DNA from: Candidatus Latescibacterota bacterium
GTDB lineage: Bacteria; Latescibacterota; UBA2968; GCA-2709665
NCBI GenBank assembly: GCA_965116875.1
Contig: OZ220733.1
Coordinates: forward strand, 480,001 to 544,000
DNA: 64,000 nt
Direction of reading: 5' to 3'
In this document: piece by piece, positions 10,004-20,588 of the stretch
How the letters are laid out: every line of letters begins with the position of its first letter
Position numbering within the stretch: position 1 is the first letter of the stretch
The notes under the pieces: generated by a model
What the model was told of the DNA's origin: nothing
The model's database searches: none
What the model saw: the letters and a program-made list of their open reading frames with translations, nothing else
Position numbers and translations under genes: made by a program

Positions 10004-10876
10004 GTGTTCGACGCAATGTGGAACATCGCTGTACCGGGATCGAAAATGACGGCATTCCGACTGGCGTGGTGTCTGTGCATATTGGGTTCGGCGAATACAC
10101 GGCTTCATGCCGAACCCGTCAGGGTGTACGCCGCGGCCAGTCTGATCGGTTCCCTGAAGCGGATTGAGGAGATATTCGAAAGGGAATCTGATCTGGAGAT
10201 CCGCTATTCGTTCGCCGCGTCTTCCACGTTGGCAAGGCAGATCGAACGGGGGGCGCCTGCCGATGTCTACATCTCCGCGAATCCGGCGTGGATGGCTTAC
10301 CTGGAGACACGCGGGCTGATTCGCCGGGATACGCGGACCGACCTGCTCGGCAACTCGCTGGTGATTGTGGCGCCCGGCGGAGAGGGGTTCCCTATTGAGT
10401 GGGAGAAGAATTTCGGCTTTGCCGCGGCGTTCGAGGGGCCGCTTGCGGTAGCGGACCCGGAACTCGTTCCGGCCGGTATCTACGCAAAGCAGGCGCTCGT
10501 CCGCCTGGGATGGTGGGGGAAATTGAGGGACCGTGTGGCCGTCGCGCAGGACGTGCGCGCGGCGCTCGCGTTCGTGGAGCAGGGCGCCTGCGCCGCAGGC
10601 ATCGTATACGCGACCGACGCCGCCTCCAGCGACGGGGTGGACGTACTGGCCGCCTTTCCGGCCGAAACCCATGACGCAATCGTTTATCCGGTTGCGATCG
10701 TGAACGGGCGGGACAGCGCGAATACCCGGCGCTTTGTGGACTTCCTGAAGTCGGCGCCGGCTCTCGGGGTATTCCGGGAAGATGGCTTTCTGGTTCCGCC
10801 TCCCGCAGAAAGGCCAGCCGACCCGCACGGGAACGATGCATCGCGCGGTGTGCCGATGTTCGCGACCGCGCGATAG
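10004..10876 (+). CDS. modA: Molybdate ABC transporter substrate-binding protein
   Basis: YAAASL, FAASSTLARQIERGAPADVYISAN, VPAGIYAKQAL and GIVYATDA; start could be 10027. Confidence 0.95.
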   Translation: MFDAMWNIAVPGSKMTAFRLAWCLCILGSANTRLHAEPVRVYAAASLIGSLKRIEEIFERESDLEIRYSFAASSTLARQIERGAPADVYISANPAWMAYLETRGLIRRDTRTDLLGNSLVIVAPGGEGFPIEWEKNFGFAAAFEGPLAVADPELVPAGIYAKQALVRLGWWGKLRDRVAVAQDVRAALAFVEQGACAAGIVYATDAASSDGVDVLAAFPAETHDAIVYPVAIVNGRDSANTRRFVDFLKSAPALGVFREDGFLVPPPAERPADPHGNDASRGVPMFATAR

Positions 10877-10985
10877 CGGCTGTCCGCCAACGGAATCATG
10901 ACTCATTGGAGCCGGTCACCCACCCGGCGGCGGATCGCCGGCATCGGGGATTCCTTCGCATTCAGACCGGAAAGGGCCGAACGGC

Positions 10986-12107
10986 ATGTCAGTCCTGGAA
11001 AGGTTGAATATCGGTGTTGCGGGAGCGGCGGGCAGAGGCGGGAGTTTTCGGGCGGCCATTGACGCGCATCCCGCCGCCCGGCTGCATGCCGTGTGCGATA
11101 TCCGGGAGGACATGCTCGATGCGGCGGCAGAAAGGCTGGGCGCATCGGAGACCTATTCGGACTACGGGAAAATGCTGGAAAAGTCCGACCTGGATGCCGT
11201 GATTATCGGCACGCCGATGCAGTTCCACGCGCCACAGGCGATCGCGGCCCTGGAGTCGGGCGTCCACGTGCTGAGCGAGGTGACGGCCGCGGTTTCGGTG
11301 GACGAGTGCAAACGTCTGGTCGCCGCAGCCGTCGACACCACCGCGTTATACATGATGGCCGAGAATTTCACGTATATGAAACCCAATGTACTCGTGAAAG
11401 AACTGGTGAGGCGCGGGCTGTTCGGCGAGGTCTATTACGCGGAGGGTGAGTATGTCCACGAGTTGAAGGGATTGAACGAGGTGACAACCTGGCGCCGGAA
11501 GTGGCAGACCGGGATCGACGGCGTCACCTACGGCACGCACAGCCTGGGCCCGATCCTCCAATGGATGGCGGGCGACCGGGTGGCGCGGGTCTGCTGCGAA
11601 GGCAGCGGACATCATTACGAGGATCCCAGAGGGAACCCATACGAGAATCAGGATTCCTGCGTGATGCTGTGCAAGACCGTCAGGGGATCACTGATCAAAA
11701 TACGTGTCGACATGCTGTCGGACCGCCCTCACTCCATGGCGAACTACGCCCTTCAGGGCACCACGGGTTGTTACGAGTCCGCACGCGCCAGGGCGGAGGC
11801 GAACCGGATCTGGCTCGCGGATCTGTGCGAAGACCGGAATACATGGATGGATCTGTCGGAGCTGGAAGAAGAATACATGCCGGAGATCTGGCGCGATCCG
11901 TCCGAAGAAGCGCTGCAGGCGGGCCACGGGGGTGGGGATTATTTCGAGATTCTGGACTTCGTGAACGCCATCGAAGGAACGGCGCCGTGCCCGATCGGGA
12001 TCCACGAGGCCATGGACATGACGCTTCCCGGCCTGATCAGCCAGGCATCCATCGCGAATGGCGGCGCGTGGCTGGACGTTCCGGATTCGAGAGTCTGGGT
12101 GAAGTGA
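10986..12107 (+). CDS. Gfo/Idh/MocA-family oxidoreductase
   Basis: N-terminal Rossmann fold, HVLSEV, YGTHSLGP and GHGGGD motifs. Confidence 0.9.
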   Translation: MSVLERLNIGVAGAAGRGGSFRAAIDAHPAARLHAVCDIREDMLDAAAERLGASETYSDYGKMLEKSDLDAVIIGTPMQFHAPQAIAALESGVHVLSEVTAAVSVDECKRLVAAAVDTTALYMMAENFTYMKPNVLVKELVRRGLFGEVYYAEGEYVHELKGLNEVTTWRRKWQTGIDGVTYGTHSLGPILQWMAGDRVARVCCEGSGHHYEDPRGNPYENQDSCVMLCKTVRGSLIKIRVDMLSDRPHSMANYALQGTTGCYESARARAEANRIWLADLCEDRNTWMDLSELEEEYMPEIWRDPSEEALQAGHGGGDYFEILDFVNAIEGTAPCPIGIHEAMDMTLPGLISQASIANGGAWLDVPDSRVWVK

Positions 12108-12155
12108 AAAAGCGGAGGGGCCCCGAACTCGCGGCCGATTCACTCCCCTGTAATC

Positions 12156-12944
12156 TTACGACGGACCGGGCGTCAATGCGCCCGCGCCGAAAATGACCGG
12201 GAATGCACTGCCGCGCGCGGACTTTGTTGCCGCATGCATGTAACAGGCGCTGAACGCCCTGCGGGGAACGTCCGTGCGATTTGTACCGGAACTGTGTAAC
12301 AGCCAATTGTGCAGGAGAACGACTTCGCCCTCGTCGAGTTCCAGATAGATGTGCCTTGCGCTTCGCGTCCGTTCGTCAATCTGCTGGGGACTCAGGAACC
12401 CACTCGCGTTGTCGGGGTTGACGAGGCCCCATTTGTGAGACCCGGGGATGATTCTGACGCAGCCGTTTCCCACCGTGGCCGGATCCAAAGCCGTCCAGAC
12501 GGTAACGAGGGGATCCCGGTCCAGGTCGGTCCAGCGGTCCTGGTGCCAGGTCAGGTCGTGGCCCTTCCCGGCCGGTTTGTTCATAAACATGGCGCGGAAG
12601 CAGGCCACCGGCGCATTCGTCCCGTAAACACCGGCGCAGATGCTCCGAAACAGCGGTTTCTGCATATACGCGAGGAACAGACTGTCAAACTCCAGGTCCT
12701 GAATTTTCCGGTAGTTCAAAGTGGCGCCCTTATGCCCCGTGGTCTGGGGTCCCGGGCCATCCCGGCCTTCAACGACGTCCAGTTGCATCAGCATACGGCT
12801 GTAGTCCGATGGGGCCACGCCCAGCATGATGTCGTCGATGCGCTGCTTCAGGGCATCCAGTTCGGCGGCGCCTGCTACCCTGCCGAGATGGAGATAGCCC
12901 TTACTCCGGAATTGTTCCCACTGTTCGTCCGTGAGGCGGTCCAT
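12156..12944 (-). CDS. Phytanoyl-CoA dioxygenase (PhyH) family protein
   Basis: WHQD iron motif, GCVRIIPGSH, LLHSSGTN, RRA. Confidence 0.9.
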   Translation of the reverse strand: MDRLTDEQWEQFRSKGYLHLGRVAGAAELDALKQRIDDIMLGVAPSDYSRMLMQLDVVEGRDGPGPQTTGHKGATLNYRKIQDLEFDSLFLAYMQKPLFRSICAGVYGTNAPVACFRAMFMNKPAGKGHDLTWHQDRWTDLDRDPLVTVWTALDPATVGNGCVRIIPGSHKWGLVNPDNASGFLSPQQIDERTRSARHIYLELDEGEVVLLHNWLLHSSGTNRTDVPRRAFSACYMHAATKSARGSAFPVIFGAGALTPGPS

Positions 12945-13290
12945 ATCGCACCCTGCGTATGTGGCGGAAGATTCCCCGTACTCCGGCACTGCGAAGAAAA
13001 AACGGGAATAACGTCACCGTTAGCCTCAATTCCGCAATAGCCGCAACGCGGCACCGCGGCGATACCCTTCAAAACGGACCGAAATGGTCGTCAGGAAGGA
13101 CATTTTATCCGTTCACGTCCAGCGTCCTGGTTTATCCTGTTAATCAGCAGTTGAATCGCCTTTATTAACTCGCACATATTCGAATGAACATCCCCGAAAA
13201 CTGATGAATCATGGTCAGTTGAGGGCGGGACGCTGGACGGAAAATAAATAAAATCGGATCGCAGATCAAGCGACCCGCGAGGAGCGGCCA

Positions 13291-14262
13291 ATGTCGGATA
13301 CGGTATTGTATCTCTCGAGAAATGACGTGGAAGCGGTGAATCTGTCGATGTCCGAAATCATCGACGGGCTGGACAGGATGTTTGTGGAAAAGGGACAAGA
13401 CAAGGTGGAAATGCCTCCAAAACCGGGCATCCACACGCAACCGGATGCATTCATTCACGCGATGCCTGCGTATATACCGAGCCTTGAATCGGCGGGAATG
13501 AAGTGGGTGTCGGGATACCCTGAAAACCAGGCAAAGGGGTTGCCGTACATCACCGGGTTGTTGATTCTGAACGATCCCGAAACCGGCATTCCCACGTGCG
13601 TAATGGACTGTACGTGGATCACGGCGATGCGGACGGGTGCGGCCACCGCGGTCGCTGCGAAATACCTGGCGCGCAAGGACAGCTCGACGGTTGGCATTGT
13701 CGCCTGCGGCGTTCAGGGCCGCGGCAATCTCGAAGCGCTCTCGTGCGTATTCGATATCCGGGAAGTCAAGGCGTACGATCTCTACCCGGATCTCGCCGAT
13801 CGATTTGCGGCGGAAATGGGACGCCGGCTGGATGTACGGATAGAGCCGGTACGAGAGGCCTCAGAAGCGGTCAGGGGTCTGGACATCGTGGTTACCAGCG
13901 GTCCGGTCCTGAGACATCCGGAACCCGTGGTTGGAATCGGCTGGTTGTCCGAGGGGTCGTTTGCGTGTCCGCTGGATTTCGATTCCTACTTCCGGGTCGA
14001 TGCGTTTCGCGAGGCCGACAAACTTGCGTGCGACGATATCGGTCAGCTGGACTATTACCGCAAGACCGGTTATTTCGGCGATACGCCCCAACCCTATGCC
14101 GACCTCGGGGAAATCGCCGCGGGACTGAAACCAGGACGGGAGTCGGCGAAGGAGCGCACGATTGCGATCAATCTGGGCCTCGGCCTGGAGGACATGGCGA
14201 CTGCAATTCTGGTTTACCGTCGTGCGGTGGAGCTGGAAATCGGAACCGGGTTACCGCTGTAA
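13291..14262 (+). CDS. Ornithine cyclodeaminase/mu-crystallin family protein
   Basis: HAMPAY, ITAMRTGAA, DLGEI and GLGLED motifs. Confidence 0.92.
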   Translation: MSDTVLYLSRNDVEAVNLSMSEIIDGLDRMFVEKGQDKVEMPPKPGIHTQPDAFIHAMPAYIPSLESAGMKWVSGYPENQAKGLPYITGLLILNDPETGIPTCVMDCTWITAMRTGAATAVAAKYLARKDSSTVGIVACGVQGRGNLEALSCVFDIREVKAYDLYPDLADRFAAEMGRRLDVRIEPVREASEAVRGLDIVVTSGPVLRHPEPVVGIGWLSEGSFACPLDFDSYFRVDAFREADKLACDDIGQLDYYRKTGYFGDTPQPYADLGEIAAGLKPGRESAKERTIAINLGLGLEDMATAILVYRRAVELEIGTGLPL

Positions 14263-14297
14263 TCAGGCCGTTGGGATCACTATGACGGGGAGGCGCG

Positions 14298-15419
14298 ATG
14301 ATTCGACAAACTGAGGACCCGGAAGAGATCGGGCTATCTGAAGAAGGCATGCGGACGGCATGCGGGATCCTGGAGGAGGCGGTGGTCCGGGGAGAGTTGA
14401 TGGGCGCCGCACTGCAGGTGTCACGGGGCGGCGTCGCCCTTCCGCCGGCGTGTTTCGGGCGCCGCACCCTGGCCCCGGCCGGTTCTCCGGTTGCGCCGGA
14501 TACACGATTCCTGGTTGCATCCATCACCAAGCCGATCGTCGCGGCGGCCGTCATGTTGCTCGTGGAGCGGGGCAAGGTCTGCCTGGACGACGCCGTGGCG
14601 GAGCTTGTGCCGGAGTTCGGTCAGGCGGGCAAGGAAGGCGTGCAGGTGCGGCATCTCCTGACCCACACGTCCGGACTGCCGGACATGCTCCCGCAGAATC
14701 TGGCGCTGCGGGCCGAGCATGCGCCGCTGGACGTCTTCATACAACACATTTGCGGGGTGGAACTGCTGTTTCAACCCGGGACGCGGATTTCCTATCAGAG
14801 TTGCGGTATTGCGATGCTTGGCGAGATTGTCCAGCGGATGGAGGCAGTACCCATCCGCACCTTCCTGAAACGTTCGTTCTTCGATCCGCTGGGACTCGAA
14901 AACACGTCGCTGGGTCTCCGGGAACGGAACGCGAGGGAGTCCGACGTGAAAATACACAGCGGGGAATACGGCGAAGCGGACGCCGTGTCGTGGAACTGGA
15001 ATTCCGACTACTGGCGCGGATTCGGCGCGCCATGGGGAGGGCTTTTGACGATACCGGCTGAAATGACGGCGCTCTGTCAGGCCTTTCTGTACGGCGGATC
15101 GCTGAACGGAATCCGCATTCTGAGTCCGGCAACGGTTTCCGCGATGACAACTGACCAGACGTCAGCGATGCCGGACCTGGACCGGACCGACAGATTCCGG
15201 CAGCGCTGGGGGTTGGGATGGCGCCTGAAGGACCGGATGAGTTCAATCTTCGGCGATATGACTTCGGACGCAACCTTCGGACACGAGGGGGCGACCGGCA
15301 CGGTGGCGTGGGTGGATCCCGAAACGGAGACGACGTGCGTATTGTTTACCAACGACCCCCATGGCGCCGCTCCTCTGCGTCCACGGGTGGGCAACGCGGT
15401 TGCGGCCTCGGTGATGTAG
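14298..15419 (+). CDS. Serine hydrolase (beta-lactamase/S12 family)
   Basis: SITK (SxxK), HLLTHTSG, YQS and FGHEGATG motifs. Confidence 0.9.
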   Translation: MIRQTEDPEEIGLSEEGMRTACGILEEAVVRGELMGAALQVSRGGVALPPACFGRRTLAPAGSPVAPDTRFLVASITKPIVAAAVMLLVERGKVCLDDAVAELVPEFGQAGKEGVQVRHLLTHTSGLPDMLPQNLALRAEHAPLDVFIQHICGVELLFQPGTRISYQSCGIAMLGEIVQRMEAVPIRTFLKRSFFDPLGLENTSLGLRERNARESDVKIHSGEYGEADAVSWNWNSDYWRGFGAPWGGLLTIPAEMTALCQAFLYGGSLNGIRILSPATVSAMTTDQTSAMPDLDRTDRFRQRWGLGWRLKDRMSSIFGDMTSDATFGHEGATGTVAWVDPETETTCVLFTNDPHGAAPLRPRVGNAVAASVM

Positions 15420-15444
15420 TCGCGTACCGTACCGCGGCCACCTC

Positions 15445-15493
15445 CGTAGTTACGTTCTCTTCGTAGTTTCGTTCTTTCGTAGTCTCGTAGTTT
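15445..15493. repeat. Short degenerate tandem repeat (CGTAGT units) between convergent genes
   Basis: CGTAGT occurs four times in about 50 bp. Confidence 0.5.
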
Positions 15494-15503
15494 CCGAGCA
15501 GTT

Positions 15504-16472
15504 CTATCCCTCGACGTGAACGTGGCCGAAGAGTGTGCTGACCGACTCGTCGTTGTGGATGCGGCGGATGGCTTCCGACAGGATGGAAGCGACGGAAAGC
15601 ACCTTGATTTTTCCGTTCTGGACGTTTTCAGGCACCGGAATGGAATTTGAGACGACCAATTCGGTCAGGATGGAGTTTTCCACCCGCTCGACCGCGGGGC
15701 CGGCCAGTACGGGATGTACGATTACGGCGCTGATGTCGAGCGCGCCCTGTTTTCTCAGCGCCGTAGCGGCCTCAACGAGCGACCCGCCCGTAGAAATGAG
15801 GTCATCGATGATCACGGCGTTCTTTCCTTCCACGTCGCCGATAATGTTCAGAACTTCGGTCTGCGTTCCACTCGAGCGTCGTTTGTCTACAATGGCAAGG
15901 GGCGCGTCCAGCAGTTCGGAATAGGCCCGGGTCATTTTGATGTTGCCCACGTCGGGCGTGACCGTGACCAGGTTTTCCATGCCTTTTTCCATCAGGTAGT
16001 TTCCAAAGACGTTGATGGAGTAGAGGTGGTCCATGGGGATGTCAAAAAATCCCTGGATCTGGTTGGAATGCAGATCCAGCGAAAGGACCCTTCTGGCGCC
16101 GGCCGTAACGACAAGGTTCCCGATCAGTTTGGCGGTTATTGGAACCCGCGGCCTGTCCTTCCGGTCCTGCCGGGCATACCCGTAATAGGGTAATACGGCA
16201 GTGATCCGCCGCGCGGAGGCCCGACGGGCCGCGTCGATGAGGATGAGGATTTCCATCAGGGCGTCGTTGGGCGTGAATTCCCCGTTACCACAGATGGGCT
16301 GAACGATATAGACGTCGTTGCCTCGCACGTTCTCCCGGATTTGAACGCCGGTTTCCCCTCCAGGGAAACTGACGACTTCGGCTTCTCCCAGAGTGATGTC
16401 GAGGTGTCGGCAGATCTCTTCGGCCAGGGGCCTGTTGATGTTGCCGGTGAAAATCTGACAGTCGTATCCCAA
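15504..16472 (-). CDS. prs: Ribose-phosphate pyrophosphokinase
   Basis: YYGYARQDRK, LDLHSNQIQGFF and IIDDLISTGGS; TTG start with AGGAGG 8 nt upstream. Confidence 0.97.
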   Translation of the reverse strand: MGYDCQIFTGNINRPLAEEICRHLDITLGEAEVVSFPGGETGVQIRENVRGNDVYIVQPICGNGEFTPNDALMEILILIDAARRASARRITAVLPYYGYARQDRKDRPRVPITAKLIGNLVVTAGARRVLSLDLHSNQIQGFFDIPMDHLYSINVFGNYLMEKGMENLVTVTPDVGNIKMTRAYSELLDAPLAIVDKRRSSGTQTEVLNIIGDVEGKNAVIIDDLISTGGSLVEAATALRKQGALDISAVIVHPVLAGPAVERVENSILTELVVSNSIPVPENVQNGKIKVLSVASILSEAIRRIHNDESVSTLFGHVHVEG

Positions 16473-16569
16473 AACGTCAGCCTCCTTCGGGGAGTTCGAG
16501 TCGCGGAATTGAAGAAATTTCCCGGGGAAGAACAGATGGAATATATAAACCGTCTGACGGTGGATCAAT

Positions 16570-17298
16570 ATGTTTCAAATCCTCTACCAGGACGACTGCT
16601 ACGTTGCCGTTGACAAACCGAGCGGCATTTTCGTACACCCGACCCGCCTGGGGCGACGGGAACCCGACTGCATGTCCCGCCTGGGCCGGCAACTGGGTCG
16701 TCCCGTTTTTACGATTCACAGGTTGGACCGCGCCACCTCCGGCGTGCTTCTCTTCGCGCTGAGTTCCGAGGCGGCCCGGAAAATGTGCCTCCTGTTCGAA
16801 GAACGACGCATCCGCAAGGAATACCTGGCCGTGGTTCGGGGGTTTGCGCCCGAAGCCGGACGGGTCGATCACGCCCTGCGCAGACACCGGAAAAACTCAG
16901 CGGTGGATGCGGTTACCGACTTTGTACGGGTAGGAACGGCCGAACTACAGGAGCCGGTTGGCAGACATGAAACAGCGCGCTTCTCACTGGTACGGGCGGT
17001 GCCTCAGACCGGCCGCATGCACCAGATCCGGAGACACATGGCCCATATCTCCCATCCCGTTCTCGGCGACACCAGGTACGGCGACGGCGCGCAGAACCGG
17101 TTCTTTCGCGCCCGGTTCGGTGTGCGCCGTCTGGCGCTTGTGGCCGTCCGCCTCGCGTTTCTGCACCCATATACCGGGGAAGATGTTTCAGTCGTTGCGG
17201 AACCTTCGGAGGATCTCAGGGCGACGTTCGCCGGGTTGGGCTGGAACGCGTCGTTGGCGGCCTGCTCTCATTCGCCCCTGGCTTCCTCTACGCTTTGA
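16570..17298 (+). CDS. RluA-family pseudouridine synthase (TruC-like)
   Basis: HRLDRATSG catalytic Asp motif and TGRMHQIRRH. Confidence 0.92.
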   Translation: MFQILYQDDCYVAVDKPSGIFVHPTRLGRREPDCMSRLGRQLGRPVFTIHRLDRATSGVLLFALSSEAARKMCLLFEERRIRKEYLAVVRGFAPEAGRVDHALRRHRKNSAVDAVTDFVRVGTAELQEPVGRHETARFSLVRAVPQTGRMHQIRRHMAHISHPVLGDTRYGDGAQNRFFRARFGVRRLALVAVRLAFLHPYTGEDVSVVAEPSEDLRATFAGLGWNASLAACSHSPLASSTL

Positions 17299-18332
17299 GG
17301 CCGCCCCGAAACATCCCCGCCGGCCCACCTGTACAGCCTGGGAAACAGCGATAGCGTTCGATCCTCGAGCGGCAGCCTTACGGGCGCGCTGTTGCCGCGC
17401 ACCGATTGTCTGGACGCAATGGACACCTCGAGGGCCTGTCGCAGATCATGGCCGGTAATCCACGGTTCACCCTGCCCCCGTACTGCCGCCAGGAAAGAAC
17501 GGAGCGATCCGGTCAGATATTGATACTCGCGCCATTCATAAGGCTCATAGGCCGTTTGCTCTCTGATGCGACGTCCTGCTTGATCAAATCCCGTGTAGAC
17601 CTCCGGCGGCGCCCAGTTCCATCGCACCAGAGAATCATCGGTCCACACGTCCACGCCGCCGTGCGGCGTTGGCATGCCGAACACGGCACAATCGATGCCC
17701 GAACTCATGCGAAACCATCCATGAACAACCAGACCCTCATCCGTTTCCGCAGCCAGCGCCTCCTCCGCCGCTCCCCAGGCCATGACTTCCTCCACTTCCG
17801 CATCGGCAAACAGCCTGAGTACCGATATATGCTGACAACAACCGCCCGAAATCTCACCGCCGAATCCGTGGACGCTGGCCCCTCTCAAAACGCCGAATTC
17901 ACCGGCGCGAATCCGTCCCGCCGCCTCCTGCACCTCGTGCATCGCCCGCTGCAGATTGCCCCCGCCGAACACAACGTCCCGTTTTTTGCAGACGTCGACC
18001 ATCTCGTCCGCATCGGCCAGCAGACCGGCGATGGGCTTCTCCGCCGTCACCCCTTTTACGCCCGCCTGCGCGCACGCCACCACGGCATCTTTAATATACT
18101 TTACCGGTGTCACCACGGAGGCCACGTGGGGAACCTCGTCTCGCAGCAGGGCCTCCGCGTCCGGGTACAGCGCCCCAACCCCGAATCGCTCGCCCACCGC
18201 GCGGCGTCGTTCCGCGTTGACCTCGGCGATGGCGACGAGTTCCGTATCCGGATAGGCCGAAAATGCTTCTGCGTAAACCTGGCCCATACGACCGCATCCG
18301 ATGACCGCTGCTCGTAATCTGACGTCACTCAT
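17268..18332 (-). CDS. Gfo/Idh/MocA-family oxidoreductase
   Basis: IGCGRMG and EKP motifs. Confidence 0.88.
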   Translation of the reverse strand: MSDVRLRAAVIGCGRMGQVYAEAFSAYPDTELVAIAEVNAERRRAVGERFGVGALYPDAEALLRDEVPHVASVVTPVKYIKDAVVACAQAGVKGVTAEKPIAGLLADADEMVDVCKKRDVVFGGGNLQRAMHEVQEAAGRIRAGEFGVLRGASVHGFGGEISGGCCQHISVLRLFADAEVEEVMAWGAAEEALAAETDEGLVVHGWFRMSSGIDCAVFGMPTPHGGVDVWTDDSLVRWNWAPPEVYTGFDQAGRRIREQTAYEPYEWREYQYLTGSLRSFLAAVRGQGEPWITGHDLRQALEVSIASRQSVRGNSAPVRLPLEDRTLSLFPRLYRWAGGDVSGRPQSVEEARGE

Positions 18333-18425
18333 CGTTCTCTCCCCTGCTTACAGAGTTCGCCCGCAAGCGGTCCCCCCTCTGAGGGGGCAACGATACAGGA
18401 ATAATCACACCGCGGTGTCATCTGC

Positions 18426-19379
18426 ATGCACGTGAACCCGAAACAGATCTCGATGATGCGAAGCGGCGCGATCGGAGACTTCGTACTGACGCTGCCGGGG
18501 GTGAACGCGCTGCGCACGGCATACCCGCGCTCAACCCTCCGACTCATCGGCAACCCGTCGATTCTCCGCCTCGCCAGCGTGGAAAACGTCGTCGACATCA
18601 ACAGCGCCGAAGTCGCAGGTCTATATAATCCTGAGGGGCCGGTTCCCGAACGTACACGCGCGCTCTTCTCGGATGTCGATCTTCTTCTGGCCTACGCCGT
18701 CGACCCGGGCTGCCGCCTTCAGTCCCGCCTCGCTGAAATCGTCCGCGGCCGGGCCATCGTATTCGATCCACGCCCGAAAGGAGACGTCCACATCGTAGAA
18801 CACCTCCTGGCGCCGTTGCGAAGGATGTGCATACCCGTGTCCGATCCGATGCCTCGCATCCGTCCGGCCGCCAATGAACTGGCTTACGCGGGCGAGATCC
18901 TTAAAAAACACGGTCTTTCCTCCCCCCTGGTGGCCATTCACCCCGGAAGCGGGGGCCGGGAGAAGTGCTGGCCGTTGACTTCCTATTTGGAGCTCGCCCG
19001 CAGACTCCGCATTCGCGGCGCGTGCGTTATCGCCGCATGCGGCCCCGTGGAACGGGGCGCGGTCGATGAACTGAAGGCTCACGTTCCCTGCCAGGTTCCC
19101 CGGGACCTTCGCAGCCTTGCCGCCCTGCTGCAGGGCGCCGACCTCTTCATTGGAAACGACTCCGGACCGGGACACATCGCAGCGGCGGTCGACACCCCCA
19201 CGCTCACCCTGTTCGGGCCTACCGACGCGGAAACATGGTCGCCGCGGCATCCCCTCGCCCGGATACTGAAGGCACCGGACGGCCGCCTTCCTGACCTATC
19301 GGTCGAATCCGTGCTGAACGCCGCACTCGAACAGCTTGTAACTGAACCACCACCGCCGCCGGCGTCATTCGGACCATAA
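18426..19379 (+). CDS. Glycosyltransferase family 9 (heptosyltransferase-like)
   Basis: GAIGD, HPGSG..KCWP, GNDSGPGHIAAA and LFGPT motifs. Confidence 0.92.
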   Translation: MHVNPKQISMMRSGAIGDFVLTLPGVNALRTAYPRSTLRLIGNPSILRLASVENVVDINSAEVAGLYNPEGPVPERTRALFSDVDLLLAYAVDPGCRLQSRLAEIVRGRAIVFDPRPKGDVHIVEHLLAPLRRMCIPVSDPMPRIRPAANELAYAGEILKKHGLSSPLVAIHPGSGGREKCWPLTSYLELARRLRIRGACVIAACGPVERGAVDELKAHVPCQVPRDLRSLAALLQGADLFIGNDSGPGHIAAAVDTPTLTLFGPTDAETWSPRHPLARILKAPDGRLPDLSVESVLNAALEQLVTEPPPPPASFGP

Positions 19380-19520
19380 TCCGTTCCAACGTGATTCTGC
19401 TATCGGTCAATGGCATTGGATTTGACAGCCTGGGACCAATGTGCCATATTAAGTTCCGACATCAATAGCATTTTGGCGTCGTCTTTGCATGTCGCACGTG
19501 ACGAAGGCAAGGAGATAAAA

Positions 19521-20483
19521 ATGAACGCCCTGCTCGATCTGACCTTTCGCGGGAATCCAATCGCGGGATCCGTCAATGACACGGGCGAGTTGCGGCGGTC
19601 GGACGACATTCTGCACGATCCTGCCGCACTGCACGACCGAATGGCGGACGACGGCTACCTCTACATGCCCGGACTCCTCGACCCTGAGGAATCGCTGGCG
19701 GCGCGGCTGGAAGTGATGAAGCGCCTCGCCGGCCTGGGCTCGGTGGATGAAACCCTTCCACTCATCGAGGGGAGGTACAAACCGGGCGGCGGGCTTGGTG
19801 CCATGTTCGACTTCACGCTCGACAATCCGGAACTGATGAAACTCCTCTACGACGGGCCCATGATCCGGTTCTACGAACGATTCCTGGGAGGACCCGTCAC
19901 CCATTTCGACTATACATGGTTCCGGGTCAAGGCGCCGGGAACCGCGTCTCCCACCCAACCCCACTACGACGTTGTCTACATGGGACGAGGAACCCCGAAC
20001 CTCTACACCTCCTGGACCCCGCTGGGGGACGTCCCTTTCGAAATGGGCGGCCTGATCATCCTGGAGAATTCACACAAGTGCGAACGCCTGCGGCACACCT
20101 ACGCGCGGACCGACGTCGACAAATACTGCGAGAATGAAAACGAAGCCGGACGCATCGTTGAAACCGCCAGGATTCAGAAGCGCGACCTGACCGGCGAGGA
20201 ACAGTCCCGCATCCGATGGAATTCCACCGGTTCGTATGCCTCCGACGCCATTCAGGCTCGTAACGAAATCGGCGGCCGGTGGCTGACGGCAGACTACAAA
20301 CTGGGTGACGTGCTTGTCTTTTCGATGCACACGCTGCACGCCAGCTCAGACAACCGCACCGACCGGATCCGCATCTCCTCGGACTCCCGCTATCAACTCG
20401 CCTCCGAACCGCAGGACGAACGCTGGATCGGAACCCGTCCGGCGGCGCATGGCATTCGCGCGAAACAGGGCATGATCTGCTGA
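19521..20483 (+). CDS. Phytanoyl-CoA dioxygenase (PhyH) family protein
   Basis: PHYD iron motif, WTPLGD, HASSDN, SSDSRYQ; AGGAG RBS before ATG 19521. Confidence 0.88.
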   Translation: MNALLDLTFRGNPIAGSVNDTGELRRSDDILHDPAALHDRMADDGYLYMPGLLDPEESLAARLEVMKRLAGLGSVDETLPLIEGRYKPGGGLGAMFDFTLDNPELMKLLYDGPMIRFYERFLGGPVTHFDYTWFRVKAPGTASPTQPHYDVVYMGRGTPNLYTSWTPLGDVPFEMGGLIILENSHKCERLRHTYARTDVDKYCENENEAGRIVETARIQKRDLTGEEQSRIRWNSTGSYASDAIQARNEIGGRWLTADYKLGDVLVFSMHTLHASSDNRTDRIRISSDSRYQLASEPQDERWIGTRPAAHGIRAKQGMIC

Positions 20484-20490
20484 CCCTCAG

Positions 20491-20574
20491 CCGTCCGTTG
20501 ATAAAGTCGCTCTGCAGGCCTGCCGGAGAAGTCCTGGCAGGCAGGTAGCCCGGATGGGCTTTTTCAACGGGCTG
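20491..20574. repeat. MITE-like family 1, full 84-bp copy
   Basis: TIRs, internal CCTGCC...GGCAGG hairpin, flanks TCAG/TTAG. Confidence 0.85.
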
Positions 20575-20588
20575 TTAGAACCGGTCTT

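Noticed and set aside
14298-15419. Beta-lactam resistance gene
   Set aside because: No signal peptide; motifs fit a generic cytoplasmic S12 esterase/peptidase
15420-15500. CRISPR-like array
   Set aside because: Units are only about 6 bp, with no regular spacers and no cas genes
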